From the IMG/VR virus record IMGVR_UViG_3300046370_000603: a stretch of DNA of 64,000 bases; one strand, 5' to 3'. Shown here piece by piece: positions 21,501-28,477 of the stretch. Below the pieces are notes generated by a model. The model worked only from the letters and a program-made list of their open reading frames with translations. It was not told the DNA's origin and ran no database searches. Within the stretch, counting starts at the first letter, position 1; each line of letters opens with the position of its first letter. The translations under genes and the position numbers were made by a program. Source of the DNA: a virus.

Positions 21501-23182
21501 CATTTGAGGATGGTAGTTTGGCAACGTTTGGAGGGGCAATATTAAAAGAATTTGCCGACACAGCTTTAGATGCAAAAGATGGGCTGGAAGGACATAGTGA
21601 AGCTATAAAAGCAGCTATTGAGACTCAACAAAAAATTGTAAACCTCGAACAAAAATTATTGTCTGAATATCAAAATATGCTTCAAGCTCAACAAAATGTT
21701 AATCAAATGATGAGTAGGTTTGCGACCAATCAAGACATTGGAAGTTATAGACAACAAACAGATTCTATGGTAAGAACAAAAGCTAATGATTATTTAACTG
21801 ATAGAAATTATATTGATCCAAGGCAATATATTGCTAGAGATGCAGGAAATCAGAAACGCGACATTATTGCGGAAGGTGAATCAGGAATGCGTCAAGAGTT
21901 CATGAATTTGATTGCAGGAATTGATGTGACTAAAATGTTCAACCCAAGCGGTACTCAAAAAAAAGAGATGGGTATCAAGGATCCTGTTCCAACCAGTGGA
22001 ACTGGGGCATTTCAACAAAAAGTTGACCAACGAGAATCTCAAGCAGACCAACAATTAGCAAGAGCATTAGCTGATTTTGCGGCTCAAAATAAAGACGGAA
22101 ATGTAACTTTAAATGAGATGAGAGGATTTTTGAGCAAGATTGACAGAACGGGGCAGGCAGGAAATAGAATAGCTAGCGCAGCTAAAGATATAGAAAATGC
22201 TACAAGTCAGAAGATGATTGCTCAACTAGAAAGACTTGCAGTAACAACTATGATCAGAGAGGGGGAAGCAGCTTCTGGAAGATTACAACAACAAGGAGGA
22301 AAAAGATTAGGGGATGGAGAAATAAAAGCTGGAGTAGACGCTGCGGTAGAAAGTGATAAAGATATTCTTGATCTCGTTAATAATTATATGAGTCAAGGTT
22401 CTTTGCCTGGAGATAGTATCATAGCAGGTGCAGCAGATAGTATAGATGCCTTTAGGCAATTGGCTGCAGTAATGGGCGTAAGCTCAACTCTATTTACTGG
22501 ACTTAATGATGATACATCAAATTATTTAACAGCTTTAGCGGATGTTAATGGGATGATGGAGCAGTTGGAAAATTTTGATCCTCAAAAAGCATCCGAATTA
22601 AAACCTGTTTTTGAAAAAATTAAATCTAGCTTAGATGCAGATTATAAAACTACTCAAATTGTGGCTGAAGAATTAAAAAGAATGGCTGGTGAAGGAGGAG
22701 TGGATCCAAATTTAGTAAAAGATCCTATAAAAGCTCTTACTGTACAACTAGGAAATTTATGGGGACAGGGATTAAAAATCACTAACTTGCAAGAGCTTAC
22801 AACTCCATTAACACAATTATTAACTAATCAAGACGGCAATGGCGATGGCTCAGGTTCCCCTATAACCCCGTCAGGTGCACCCGTAGGAACAAGCGATGAC
22901 GGTACACCAAAAGGAACTGAGGGCACAGAAGTAGATTTTTCCTCTGCGATAAAAGCTTTAGAGGAATTACCTGGTCAAATAAGCTCGCAATTAAGTGAGT
23001 TGGTTATTAATCATGAAGTTACTGGCGGAATAACTTTTGACTTCAATTCAGATGTTGTGCAAGGAGTCTTAACTCCAGTCATGAGAGATCAATTAAAAAG
23101 TATTTTGCAGGAAGGAGTTATATTAGATTATCTTGCCACAGCGTTAAAGAAAAAAGTTGACCCTCAAGGAGTTTTAGAATAA
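12581..23182 (+). CDS. Tail tape measure protein with a modular central insert (3533 aa)
   Basis: N-terminal TP901/PhageMin_Tail-like core (ATELARQGLSAEETL...LAEAISRAG...GSVIGNGFKSIFTRI); hydrophobic Gly/Ala segments near 13850-13915 and 20430-20620; position after tube and chaperones. Confidence 0.9.
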   Translation: MSVVNIPTAATGYRQSIIRDAQGAQRVVNRMQMSPTLNPSGIIQPLGRITNSASEFQKSMDASAARVFAFGAAVGVINGVSEAFRAMIAATAEVEKSLKDIQVVMEASNSAMQKFGDGLFDVARNTATSFKDVAESATELARQGLSAEETLARVNSALILSRLSGLDAVKSTETLTAAINSFNKEGITHSEIVNRMANVDAAFAVSSADLAEAISRAGAVAQSSGVSFNQLAAVVTAVQQRTARGGSVIGNGFKSIFTRIKRSGVREALEEIGVATKNNDGSFRDSMSVILDYADVYKNLSDSQKAYTAEQLAGVYQIQNLQALIQDLNSGYSIYNKALGVANNTTNEAIQRNKDLNTTLSAMFTQTQLSAKELASSLGELALSGNFKEILTFLNNLAQKLNDLLSEDGGNNLAKNLVRGIGSFLTGPGMVILGAAFLKIFGLVTKFAKEAFSDILGLNKESKRQQSLQAAIGQVLSTNSGIYQKILAAGSNTAKQEQIILNLIRQETAERIKQEALIKRIAASSRLVGIGASESGFVPMGKKTAQARGRKVLGMSNGFLPAFNREQRDINTGVGGARKSDKPVLLKNHKMGGGKVNDVVAHTGEWTVRNFKGSGGTAIFNRDMASAYGLPSGAKKINASSGFIPNFAKFTNESHTMTSAQLGGSQSGKGPISRLSDVIDSFTGKIKVAKMDFTNKDLGKNATDIVRGNKAQNIPGLIESDPKALRAGRTKYRVNKKAVGMLNKRYGNLVKDGPYAGIVTTAKSISESKYNNYKTSQGQPDQIKDYFKSVTGLLKGVEGEHQSIKYLANSGLKNVKPIQGAGSFDLSAKNSKGKKAKMFEVKAKEKQNVVVGLKKAADQYLKLKAITQKNSGQDPIGIKNGRPDKINLTSGNALFAGGINMLTAADTKLSANKISPLSEENKKFKQEEVFKQIKSFTNLDFKDRQALYKDKTNEEIWSKARKALEDKPKDQLNFYLRSLQNKNSEESEVVKNYLKNLIKKKEDRNSKAHSLFLDPNYNIPPGGIRNAVSGFVPNFMVKRPGMGKSGSVYSIQRGKDRVLNVSHIRANEGEFGSTIYRNLINEIVNAAKSGNPYTKIDAGSIIGPRIPRALLAAKKILDRKRITQNIPKLELEGVLVPKQLRRRVEEFRQNNYTRSGGKFNTEDSVEYLPGEESKLIDSLRRIGLGRNAHKRKNLVRLENLPIGKNFSDGFIPNFAKNALSEAINREREAGVPQSRIRVERSADLVSKHNPMGLAVTNTRDEPLGLNQGIRRAKMEGVNPKTYGSGRNTTPNFAAGVQTTKGFFTTQRINRLKDGDFAKDSSGNKVYLNMFSPDDQKKILGFKATHSKENIAKAKQVSRDKKNKTPLIDASTQATMLVATNNLRRRVDTKFKTDKGDVRLKYRVEGLKPGALKNTEGKIRDRIGDLMLKESTFLAKEMSGAGKFGMNVPNVTRMANAGSIGSAAGSIFETALQTVGKNKLFTRNNASFDIAGAPDEKLQKLFGYYTPYADAKIGLNPDTKRDFNQKVLKIPQNAVQLSKTQKTKQAEVSRATRKSYGPLTRATVGYIPNFAKLTKRQKQDFVNSGFAKNHREANAKYNFRDHHYLIEKKLSNKEWLKQKAFDRDYAKMTGVTKRNTAYYGTYPGSQRDYPVQQSRAVARNANVGARGAAMSTGIVNQLNSTVQGLVSRVSNIEKQLNIENLSNGYIPNFAKKESFKQKQARLRKAVKNNPNDKGAKEALQKAEATRRGNIKQNQKDNQESKDSKRTKGSTYSTDYNKKSQDPSVSNQDKLREIMRSAPAESISQVEVEEFERNKKAKNYIPTEGEITRISNRVESVSSANTATKLSQAVAQAQIPKGEAKEIIKAVNVATDGDFKKLKNPEVARGVQNQLSKIEDRITIVNRAQSTIQEIRKLVQEASAQKIDSTKNGWKNFVKQIDAKASMKKLLEKSQDFIMKGAGSGKNPYISAIQRQKRYLKKYKYKREPDNSFQRFGNEIKKSAERRYAEIMGIKREVVNPFKSIYKGGTSFLDSAGAKAFKGVSKGLKFIGSAGKSIGGPSAKYLKESISGVPVMIGNDQVHLKREDAKTFKIKNSNIKADFAATQEDLMDLLRGRKAGSNDDVFELEKKLDRIKIQKQAIDDFYKKYSKKIVPQKKSRTFNTKSRFGRRRFAGGFIPNFSKLANLILAHNKKVQASKPLGDKEYSSLSGRIADFNKRVQGSGKSSMKNRPITSLDRKQPFKISRRNRLEDLDNVKRFVNSDEFKMLDKNLQSKLLLYYNKRKSEIASLKDLDPQYLRHSSDPMYQGKIANRSSGFVPNFSKLANLILTHNKKVQASKPLGDKEYSSLSGRIADFNKRVQGSGKSSMKNRPITSLDRKQPFKISRRNRLEDLDNVKRFMNSDEFKMLDKNLQSKLLLYYNKRKSEIASLKDLDPQYLRYSSDPMYQGKIANYGNGFMPNFALDQAIARESEALKKRGVSSNKIKVEKSSYLKSAMNPMGLAVTNAVDEPMGVQQGINRVKKQGLNPKTYGVPSFALSAEEKRLEKEKADFKLEQESKRGRFLGRSQFLNPYAGLDDDEAFKLKKDQEAYKEKTKGTKGIKRYMQHGMSPEGQRRMSVVGGKMGNAAMGAMFMGPMAAEMIRDGREDAAIGGGGRMGMDVMNSAALGAAFGPWGMALGAGYGVGKGITEFGQRDKQANTFKALEGAKKKLDEIMSDTSSMQSFAQGVQELHVATQSGDSKGIVAANKQIRQSINNIADPEVRKRMQSLAKSSMSSSKKLELLGAAIGNMGEEAEKRSGMLAAGKSANDERFAGANGFQDSWFGTGVQGTVAGAKTAFDFLTGGGNTFDYNMKTLGGEDAFQGNLGAAKDQARSLNQAFKAEAKRMARENLYTDLSKGRGPIAAPELVGKTSEEIELMRQNDVGLDAKLSQEQDIAYAQLYKDTIKQFMNNKKLSDTDIGKNLKQLPGGEESFENFDRQTTFEDGSLATFGGAILKEFADTALDAKDGLEGHSEAIKAAIETQQKIVNLEQKLLSEYQNMLQAQQNVNQMMSRFATNQDIGSYRQQTDSMVRTKANDYLTDRNYIDPRQYIARDAGNQKRDIIAEGESGMRQEFMNLIAGIDVTKMFNPSGTQKKEMGIKDPVPTSGTGAFQQKVDQRESQADQQLARALADFAAQNKDGNVTLNEMRGFLSKIDRTGQAGNRIASAAKDIENATSQKMIAQLERLAVTTMIREGEAASGRLQQQGGKRLGDGEIKAGVDAAVESDKDILDLVNNYMSQGSLPGDSIIAGAADSIDAFRQLAAVMGVSSTLFTGLNDDTSNYLTALADVNGMMEQLENFDPQKASELKPVFEKIKSSLDADYKTTQIVAEELKRMAGEGGVDPNLVKDPIKALTVQLGNLWGQGLKITNLQELTTPLTQLLTNQDGNGDGSGSPITPSGAPVGTSDDGTPKGTEGTEVDFSSAIKALEELPGQISSQLSELVINHEVTGGITFDFNSDVVQGVLTPVMRDQLKSILQEGVILDYLATALKKKVDPQGVLE
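14252..20167 (+). repeat. Dispersed G-[FY]-x-P-N-F peptide motif (8 exact + 3 variant copies) delimiting modules in the TMP
   Basis: GFLPAF 14252, GFIPNF 14504, GFVPNF 15668, GFIPNF 16205, TTPNF 16442, GYIPNF 17270, GYIPNF 17687, GFIPNF 19088, GFVPNF 19508, GFMPNF 19928, GVPSF 20153. Confidence 0.95.
19088..19927 (+). repeat. 420-bp (140-aa) direct tandem duplication inside the TMP
   Basis: 19133-19494 vs 19553-19914 differ at 4 nt by manual comparison; unit boundaries fall on PNF motifs. Confidence 0.97.
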
Positions 23183-26100
23183 GTGAATTTTAATAATGTA
23201 GAAATTTTAGGAATTTCATTCCAGAATAATAAATTTGATTCTGATTTAACTTTTAATCGGACTAAAACAATTAGTGTTTCTGGTTATTTATTAAGCTTAT
23301 CTAATACAGAGGGCGTAAAAACTATACTACAAGAAACAAATGATATTATTGAGATTGAAAACAATTTAAATACTCAAGATGGATCAATAACTCATGGACT
23401 GCAAGAAATATTTATTAACAGTGTAAGTTTTGGGGAGGGCTTGGTATCCAATTACTCTATAAAGGGAGATCAAATTCAAGACGCTAGATATACGGCGACA
23501 ATAAATTTTATAGAATCAATTGATATAGCCAACCTAAAACTTAGTGAAAATAAAAACAATAATTTAAGCTTTGGAGATTCAGATATTTCTGCAAATGATT
23601 TTAAATATTTACGGTCCATAGATGAAGATTTTGATTTTAAAAATAATGGAGATGAAGTAGAGGTAAATCATTCAATTAATTGCTCTTTTTCAAGAAAGCA
23701 GTCCTTATTACCAAAAAGAAAAAACTTATGGCAGAACGCTAGTATTCAAACAAGTAAATTAATTAATTTAAGAAACAAAGGAAAAGGATCTGTAAAAGTT
23801 TTAGCGGGAAATACATCTACTCAAAGTATAAATTTGGAAGCTGGAACTTATGTGCTAGAGTTTGAGTACCTTGGACAAAACTCAACATCTTCAGGAAATT
23901 GTACTGTTGATTGCTCGGGATCGTCTATAACCTTAAATACAAAAAAGGGGAACAAGAGGCTAGAATTTGAAGTTTCTTCAACTTCTTCTGTTAACATTAA
24001 TTTAGTAGCAAATTCTACTAGAGATACATTTTTTGATAATTTTTATTTATGTAATAAAACAGATCTTCCATTAGAAAAATCAAGGAGTCTCGCAAATTTT
24101 TTACTATCTTCAACCCCTGAATATCCAATTGTATTAGATAGTATATCAGATAAATATTCTGTAACTCAATTTTTTGATAATTTTGAAACTACAGAAAGTT
24201 TTGATCAGATAAATTTAAATTATTCGATATCAAAAAAACTTACATTTGGAGATTTAGATTCCAGTAATAATTATTCAAATAAAAATACTTTAACAATTGA
24301 AATAAGCGAAGCAGGGATTATTACAGTTACAGAAAAAAATGAAATAAAATGCTTGACCGAAAAAACTGACGCTAAAATTAAAAACTTTACAAGCATAGTA
24401 GAGGCTGCCTCGAGGGACAGGTGTGTTAGCGCGCTAAGCTCGTATAATAACTATTATAAATCTGGATGCCCTACTCCAACAAGGACTCAGGTTATTGACG
24501 AAAATCAAATTTATGATATAGAAGAAAGTAAAAGTTTAGTCTATAATTTTAAAAATGGAACATCTGAGTTGACCATGGTTTACTCGAATGACCCTCAAAA
24601 TATAAAATCTACCGATAAGTATTATAAACTTCAAGATTCAGTTAATATAGAAAATACAGAAGGTTATCAATTATTGTCATTTAATGGATCTGCTAAAGGA
24701 AAAGGCGATGATTCAAATACAAGAAAATTAAACGGAAAACAAGCGCTGCTAGATTTTGATACCAATAAAGATGCCTTAATTAATCAAATAAAAACAGACC
24801 ATAATCTGTCGGGCGAATTTGTGGAGATAGGTCGAACCCTTTCAACAGAAGGGTTTTCTGGATCAATAACATATGGTTTAACTTTTAGTAATAAACCATC
24901 ATATAGTGATATGCCTGAGTCCGTAAAGAGCTTAGTTAAGAAATATGAAATAGAAGTTGTGTCTGATGAAAGAGTTGGTTTATTTAATGAATTTGCGATT
25001 AATTGTAATGCTGTCGCTCAAGTCATGGGAGATTTATTTCAACCAAAAGCTTTAAATGTTAGTATATCAGTATTTGGGAAAAAGAATGTGGGAATTGTTG
25101 ATTTAGTTAACGCATCTAAAGCTATATTAGTGCATAAAAATTTAATGTTTGGCTTAGGATCAGAAGGGTCAAAGCAAGATGTTGAAAATAATTATAATAA
25201 AGAAGAGTATACAGTAAAGGAAGATTTTTCCTACAACCAAGTAGAAGATAAAGTTCAATATAATAGATCAGTTTTAGACTTATCTGAATGCTTAGAGTCA
25301 GATAAAGGGGATGCGAATCACGGGTGGATAGATTTAGGTAATGTACCAACCCCAACTCCTTTTGCTTCTTACGTATATAACGAAACTGAATTTGAATACT
25401 CCTACACACCGCCACCAGTAGAAGATTGGAACTACGACGAATATGGTTATAATTTTTCAACCCCAATACCTTTTCCAACTCCAACAGAAATAATTGATCC
25501 AACTCCAACTACTTACTACGTACCTACGTTCACTCCAACAATAACAAAAACGCCAACTAATTTTCCGACGCCAATAATAACAACTCCAACCCCCACCCAG
25601 CAATTCGAAAATGTCGAAGTTTTTATTCCAGAAAACTGGAATAATAGCATTAATAGTTTAATGAGTATTAGTGACTATCAACTTTTATACGGAAAACAAT
25701 GTTTTGATGATAGTGCGTCTATAACAGATTTAAACGAAAGATTAATTTCAAATTCCTATGCAAATAATAGTTCGGTTAAAGACTGCATCAGAGCTGGAAG
25801 TGGAGATAGGTGGTATAGTTTTATTTTTGCTATACCTACTGGATCTAATTTTACGCCACCACACTCAGATGATTGTGAGTTTTTTGAGGTAGAAGTGCCT
25901 GTTTTCTTTCAAGAAAGTATAGAGTGTTTAATAAAATCAAAAACTGATGGATCATGCTTGGGGACTAATCAAAATTATGTAGGAGCAATGGTTAACCCTG
26001 GAACTTTTGAATACTCGTATGAACAAGTAGATGTGAGTTCAAAAATAATAAATTCATCTTCAAATAATTCTTCGCACCCTTATTTTAATAATGGTATAGT

Positions 26101-26794
26101 TGTTACAGGTAGCACAGTTTTTAAAATATGCGGGAATGATAAAAATAATTTCAACAAAGCGAGTGAAAATTTTGTGACTCAAGAAATTTTAATTCCAACT
26201 GGATCAAGTTTAAATTTAGCCGAGCAAATAATTAGCGGTGTATCAGGTTGGAGCCCTGGAAAGTGTTATGAAATCATAGGTTATAAAAATTGCTCCTTAC
26301 AGAATGAATTTAACAGAGGAGATAGAGTATTAAGCAAGAATCAGGTGTACGATAATTGCTCAGAATTTTCAGAAAATGAATTATTGTTCTCGGTAATAGT
26401 GAAAGAAATAAATTGTAATCAAAATTCTCTAACAGTAAATTCTGTGATTGAATATCAAACACCGTTGACACCCAGCCCAACAGCATCTACAACTCCAACA
26501 ACTTCACCAACAGCTTCAGCCACAACTAGTGCTACAACTAGCCCAACAACTAGCGCCACAACTAGCCCAACAACTAGCGCCACAACTAGCCCAACAACCA
26601 GTGCTACAGTAACTCCTACGCCTGCGGGGGTAAATTGCTCTGGATGTGAGGCTCAATATGACGATTTCTTTGAAATGTATGCAACAAATTGTAACCTAGG
26701 TAGTTGCCCATGCTCATGTAGCATATTATTAACAGATGGTCCAAACTCTGGCCAGATGATGCCTTGTACAGACGATCTTTTCTCTGGTTGTTAA
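23183..26794 (+). CDS. Tail-tip/distal tail protein with Pro/Thr-rich linkers, S/T/P stalk and Cys-rich C-terminus
   Basis: Immediately follows the TMP (GTG start); beta-rich; PTPT tracts near 25345-25600; TTSPTTSA tract; ~55-aa Cys-rich tip. Confidence 0.6.
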   Translation: MNFNNVEILGISFQNNKFDSDLTFNRTKTISVSGYLLSLSNTEGVKTILQETNDIIEIENNLNTQDGSITHGLQEIFINSVSFGEGLVSNYSIKGDQIQDARYTATINFIESIDIANLKLSENKNNNLSFGDSDISANDFKYLRSIDEDFDFKNNGDEVEVNHSINCSFSRKQSLLPKRKNLWQNASIQTSKLINLRNKGKGSVKVLAGNTSTQSINLEAGTYVLEFEYLGQNSTSSGNCTVDCSGSSITLNTKKGNKRLEFEVSSTSSVNINLVANSTRDTFFDNFYLCNKTDLPLEKSRSLANFLLSSTPEYPIVLDSISDKYSVTQFFDNFETTESFDQINLNYSISKKLTFGDLDSSNNYSNKNTLTIEISEAGIITVTEKNEIKCLTEKTDAKIKNFTSIVEAASRDRCVSALSSYNNYYKSGCPTPTRTQVIDENQIYDIEESKSLVYNFKNGTSELTMVYSNDPQNIKSTDKYYKLQDSVNIENTEGYQLLSFNGSAKGKGDDSNTRKLNGKQALLDFDTNKDALINQIKTDHNLSGEFVEIGRTLSTEGFSGSITYGLTFSNKPSYSDMPESVKSLVKKYEIEVVSDERVGLFNEFAINCNAVAQVMGDLFQPKALNVSISVFGKKNVGIVDLVNASKAILVHKNLMFGLGSEGSKQDVENNYNKEEYTVKEDFSYNQVEDKVQYNRSVLDLSECLESDKGDANHGWIDLGNVPTPTPFASYVYNETEFEYSYTPPPVEDWNYDEYGYNFSTPIPFPTPTEIIDPTPTTYYVPTFTPTITKTPTNFPTPIITTPTPTQQFENVEVFIPENWNNSINSLMSISDYQLLYGKQCFDDSASITDLNERLISNSYANNSSVKDCIRAGSGDRWYSFIFAIPTGSNFTPPHSDDCEFFEVEVPVFFQESIECLIKSKTDGSCLGTNQNYVGAMVNPGTFEYSYEQVDVSSKIINSSSNNSSHPYFNNGIVVTGSTVFKICGNDKNNFNKASENFVTQEILIPTGSSLNLAEQIISGVSGWSPGKCYEIIGYKNCSLQNEFNRGDRVLSKNQVYDNCSEFSENELLFSVIVKEINCNQNSLTVNSVIEYQTPLTPSPTASTTPTTSPTASATTSATTSPTTSATTSPTTSATTSPTTSATVTPTPAGVNCSGCEAQYDDFFEMYATNCNLGSCPCSCSILLTDGPNSGQMMPCTDDLFSGC
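26462..26622 (+). repeat. 12-bp-unit S/T/P coding repeat (ACAACTAGCCCA / ACAACTAGCGCC type)
   Basis: Same repeat units as in the mucin-like genes at 60-64 kb. Confidence 0.9.
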
Positions 26795-26796
26795 TT

Positions 26797-28464
26797 ATGA
26801 AAAAAGTAACAATATTATATAATAATTTAGATTTCTTTTCTAGTAAAGATTTGCCCACGCCTAAAATATCAAGAAGTATTTCAGATATATATTTTGGAGA
26901 TAAAAAGGGAGTGAAAGAAACTATAATGCTTGATGGTGACATATTTTTCGAGCAAGATATTGCTGATTGCGATTACTTTAATTTTTTACAACAGAGGAGA
27001 GACGAATTAGTTAATGCTTTTTCTCAAGATTTCAAGCAATTAATAATAAAAGAAGATAATGATATTATTTTAGAAAAAGATTTTTGTATAATAAATGATA
27101 TATCTTTTCCTGATCAAGGGTACAAAAAAACATTAGCTTATTCAATAGAAATTGAATGTTATGACGAGTTAACTCATAATGAATTTTATGGAATTGAAAA
27201 TCCAGTTAATTCAACAACTATAGAAAAATCAGAAGAAGAAGTTTACTCTATACAAAGATCTATATCAGCATCAGGGGTTAACACTCAAGACGGGAATCTA
27301 AATGGATCTAATGATACTGACACATCTTCTTCTCTTCAAAATGCTATTGATTTTGTTTTGAATTTATCGGGAGAAGACAATGTAATAAAGCCAAATGATG
27401 CTGGTGATGCTAAATTAGTTTTAATATCTCAATCTGAAAAAATAGACAGAATTAAAAATTCCATTGAAGTTCAAGAGAGTTATGTTTTGGATAAATTTGG
27501 ATCGAGTTCAGACACTGGTGTTGTTCGGTATGTTATCAATAAATCACAACCATTTTCAAGTATAATTCAAGTTGAAATAAGTGGAGAAATAAAAGGGGGT
27601 ATAAACTCAAATTTTGAAGATTTAAGAACTCAATTAAAAAATATAGATTTTTATCAAGAAATCATTGATGGATTTGGAGATGAAGGTTATAACAAAATTC
27701 CTAAAACAATAAATTTTAATGAAAATAAAAAAGTAGGTGTGATATCATTTTCAATATCGTTTGATAATGACAGTACTTTTAATGATTGTGGGGTTTCTAC
27801 CGCATTAGATGTATCCATGGAGAGGGGCGAAGATAGTGTTATCAATGTTTCTGTCGAAGGAACATTATCAGCTTTAGGCCCAGTTTCTAAAAGATGGGAT
27901 TTAGTGTCTTCAGAGTTTTTTAATAAACCGTATGATAATACTTTATATAAAAGCTGGATACATTCAGCAGCTCAACAAGAAATTAATAATTTTTTAAATA
28001 ATGTAACATTATTGGGTGAGCCAGAAAATAGTAGTATAGAAGAAAATAAAAAAGCAGGTGAACTAAAATTTAGTTATACTTTTTCAAACAAAGAAAAGCC
28101 TGAAGATTTTAAAAACTTACAATGTTCATCTACAGTTAATTTAAGATCGCCAAAATATTCTGTAGACATGAATTTTGGGGGAACCATGGATAGTTATAAA
28201 GTAACGCGGTCAGGATTCTCAAAAGGATCTATATCTATAGTTGCTGCAGGTGAATATATAAATAAAACTGGGAATGAAACAACAGATAAAAATAACGCCC
28301 TAGCAAAACTTAGAGAAAAAATTAATACATTATTTTCTGAAATAGAAAATGAGTTTTTCCAAAATGAAGAGTCTCTAAAAATTGGTGATAGTGTATCTTA
28401 TAATACAAATAATAGCCAAGCATCAATAAATGAAACTAGAGAATATTTTGACTCAATAGTATAA
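26797..28464 (+). CDS. Putative tail-tip structural protein (possible paralog of the 23183 N-terminal region)
   Basis: Start placed at ATG 26797 (MKKVTIL); repeated beta-strand units (xxSGxxxG ... ISFSxSFxN) resembling the preceding gene. Confidence 0.5.
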   Translation: MKKVTILYNNLDFFSSKDLPTPKISRSISDIYFGDKKGVKETIMLDGDIFFEQDIADCDYFNFLQQRRDELVNAFSQDFKQLIIKEDNDIILEKDFCIINDISFPDQGYKKTLAYSIEIECYDELTHNEFYGIENPVNSTTIEKSEEEVYSIQRSISASGVNTQDGNLNGSNDTDTSSSLQNAIDFVLNLSGEDNVIKPNDAGDAKLVLISQSEKIDRIKNSIEVQESYVLDKFGSSSDTGVVRYVINKSQPFSSIIQVEISGEIKGGINSNFEDLRTQLKNIDFYQEIIDGFGDEGYNKIPKTINFNENKKVGVISFSISFDNDSTFNDCGVSTALDVSMERGEDSVINVSVEGTLSALGPVSKRWDLVSSEFFNKPYDNTLYKSWIHSAAQQEINNFLNNVTLLGEPENSSIEENKKAGELKFSYTFSNKEKPEDFKNLQCSSTVNLRSPKYSVDMNFGGTMDSYKVTRSGFSKGSISIVAAGEYINKTGNETTDKNNALAKLREKINTLFSEIENEFFQNEESLKIGDSVSYNTNNSQASINETREYFDSIV

Positions 28465-28477
28465 TAATATATAAATT

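Noticed and set aside
573-21561. Short - strand ORFs opposite structural genes and the TMP
   Set aside because: Fully nested antisense to well-supported genes, with no motifs or expression signals.
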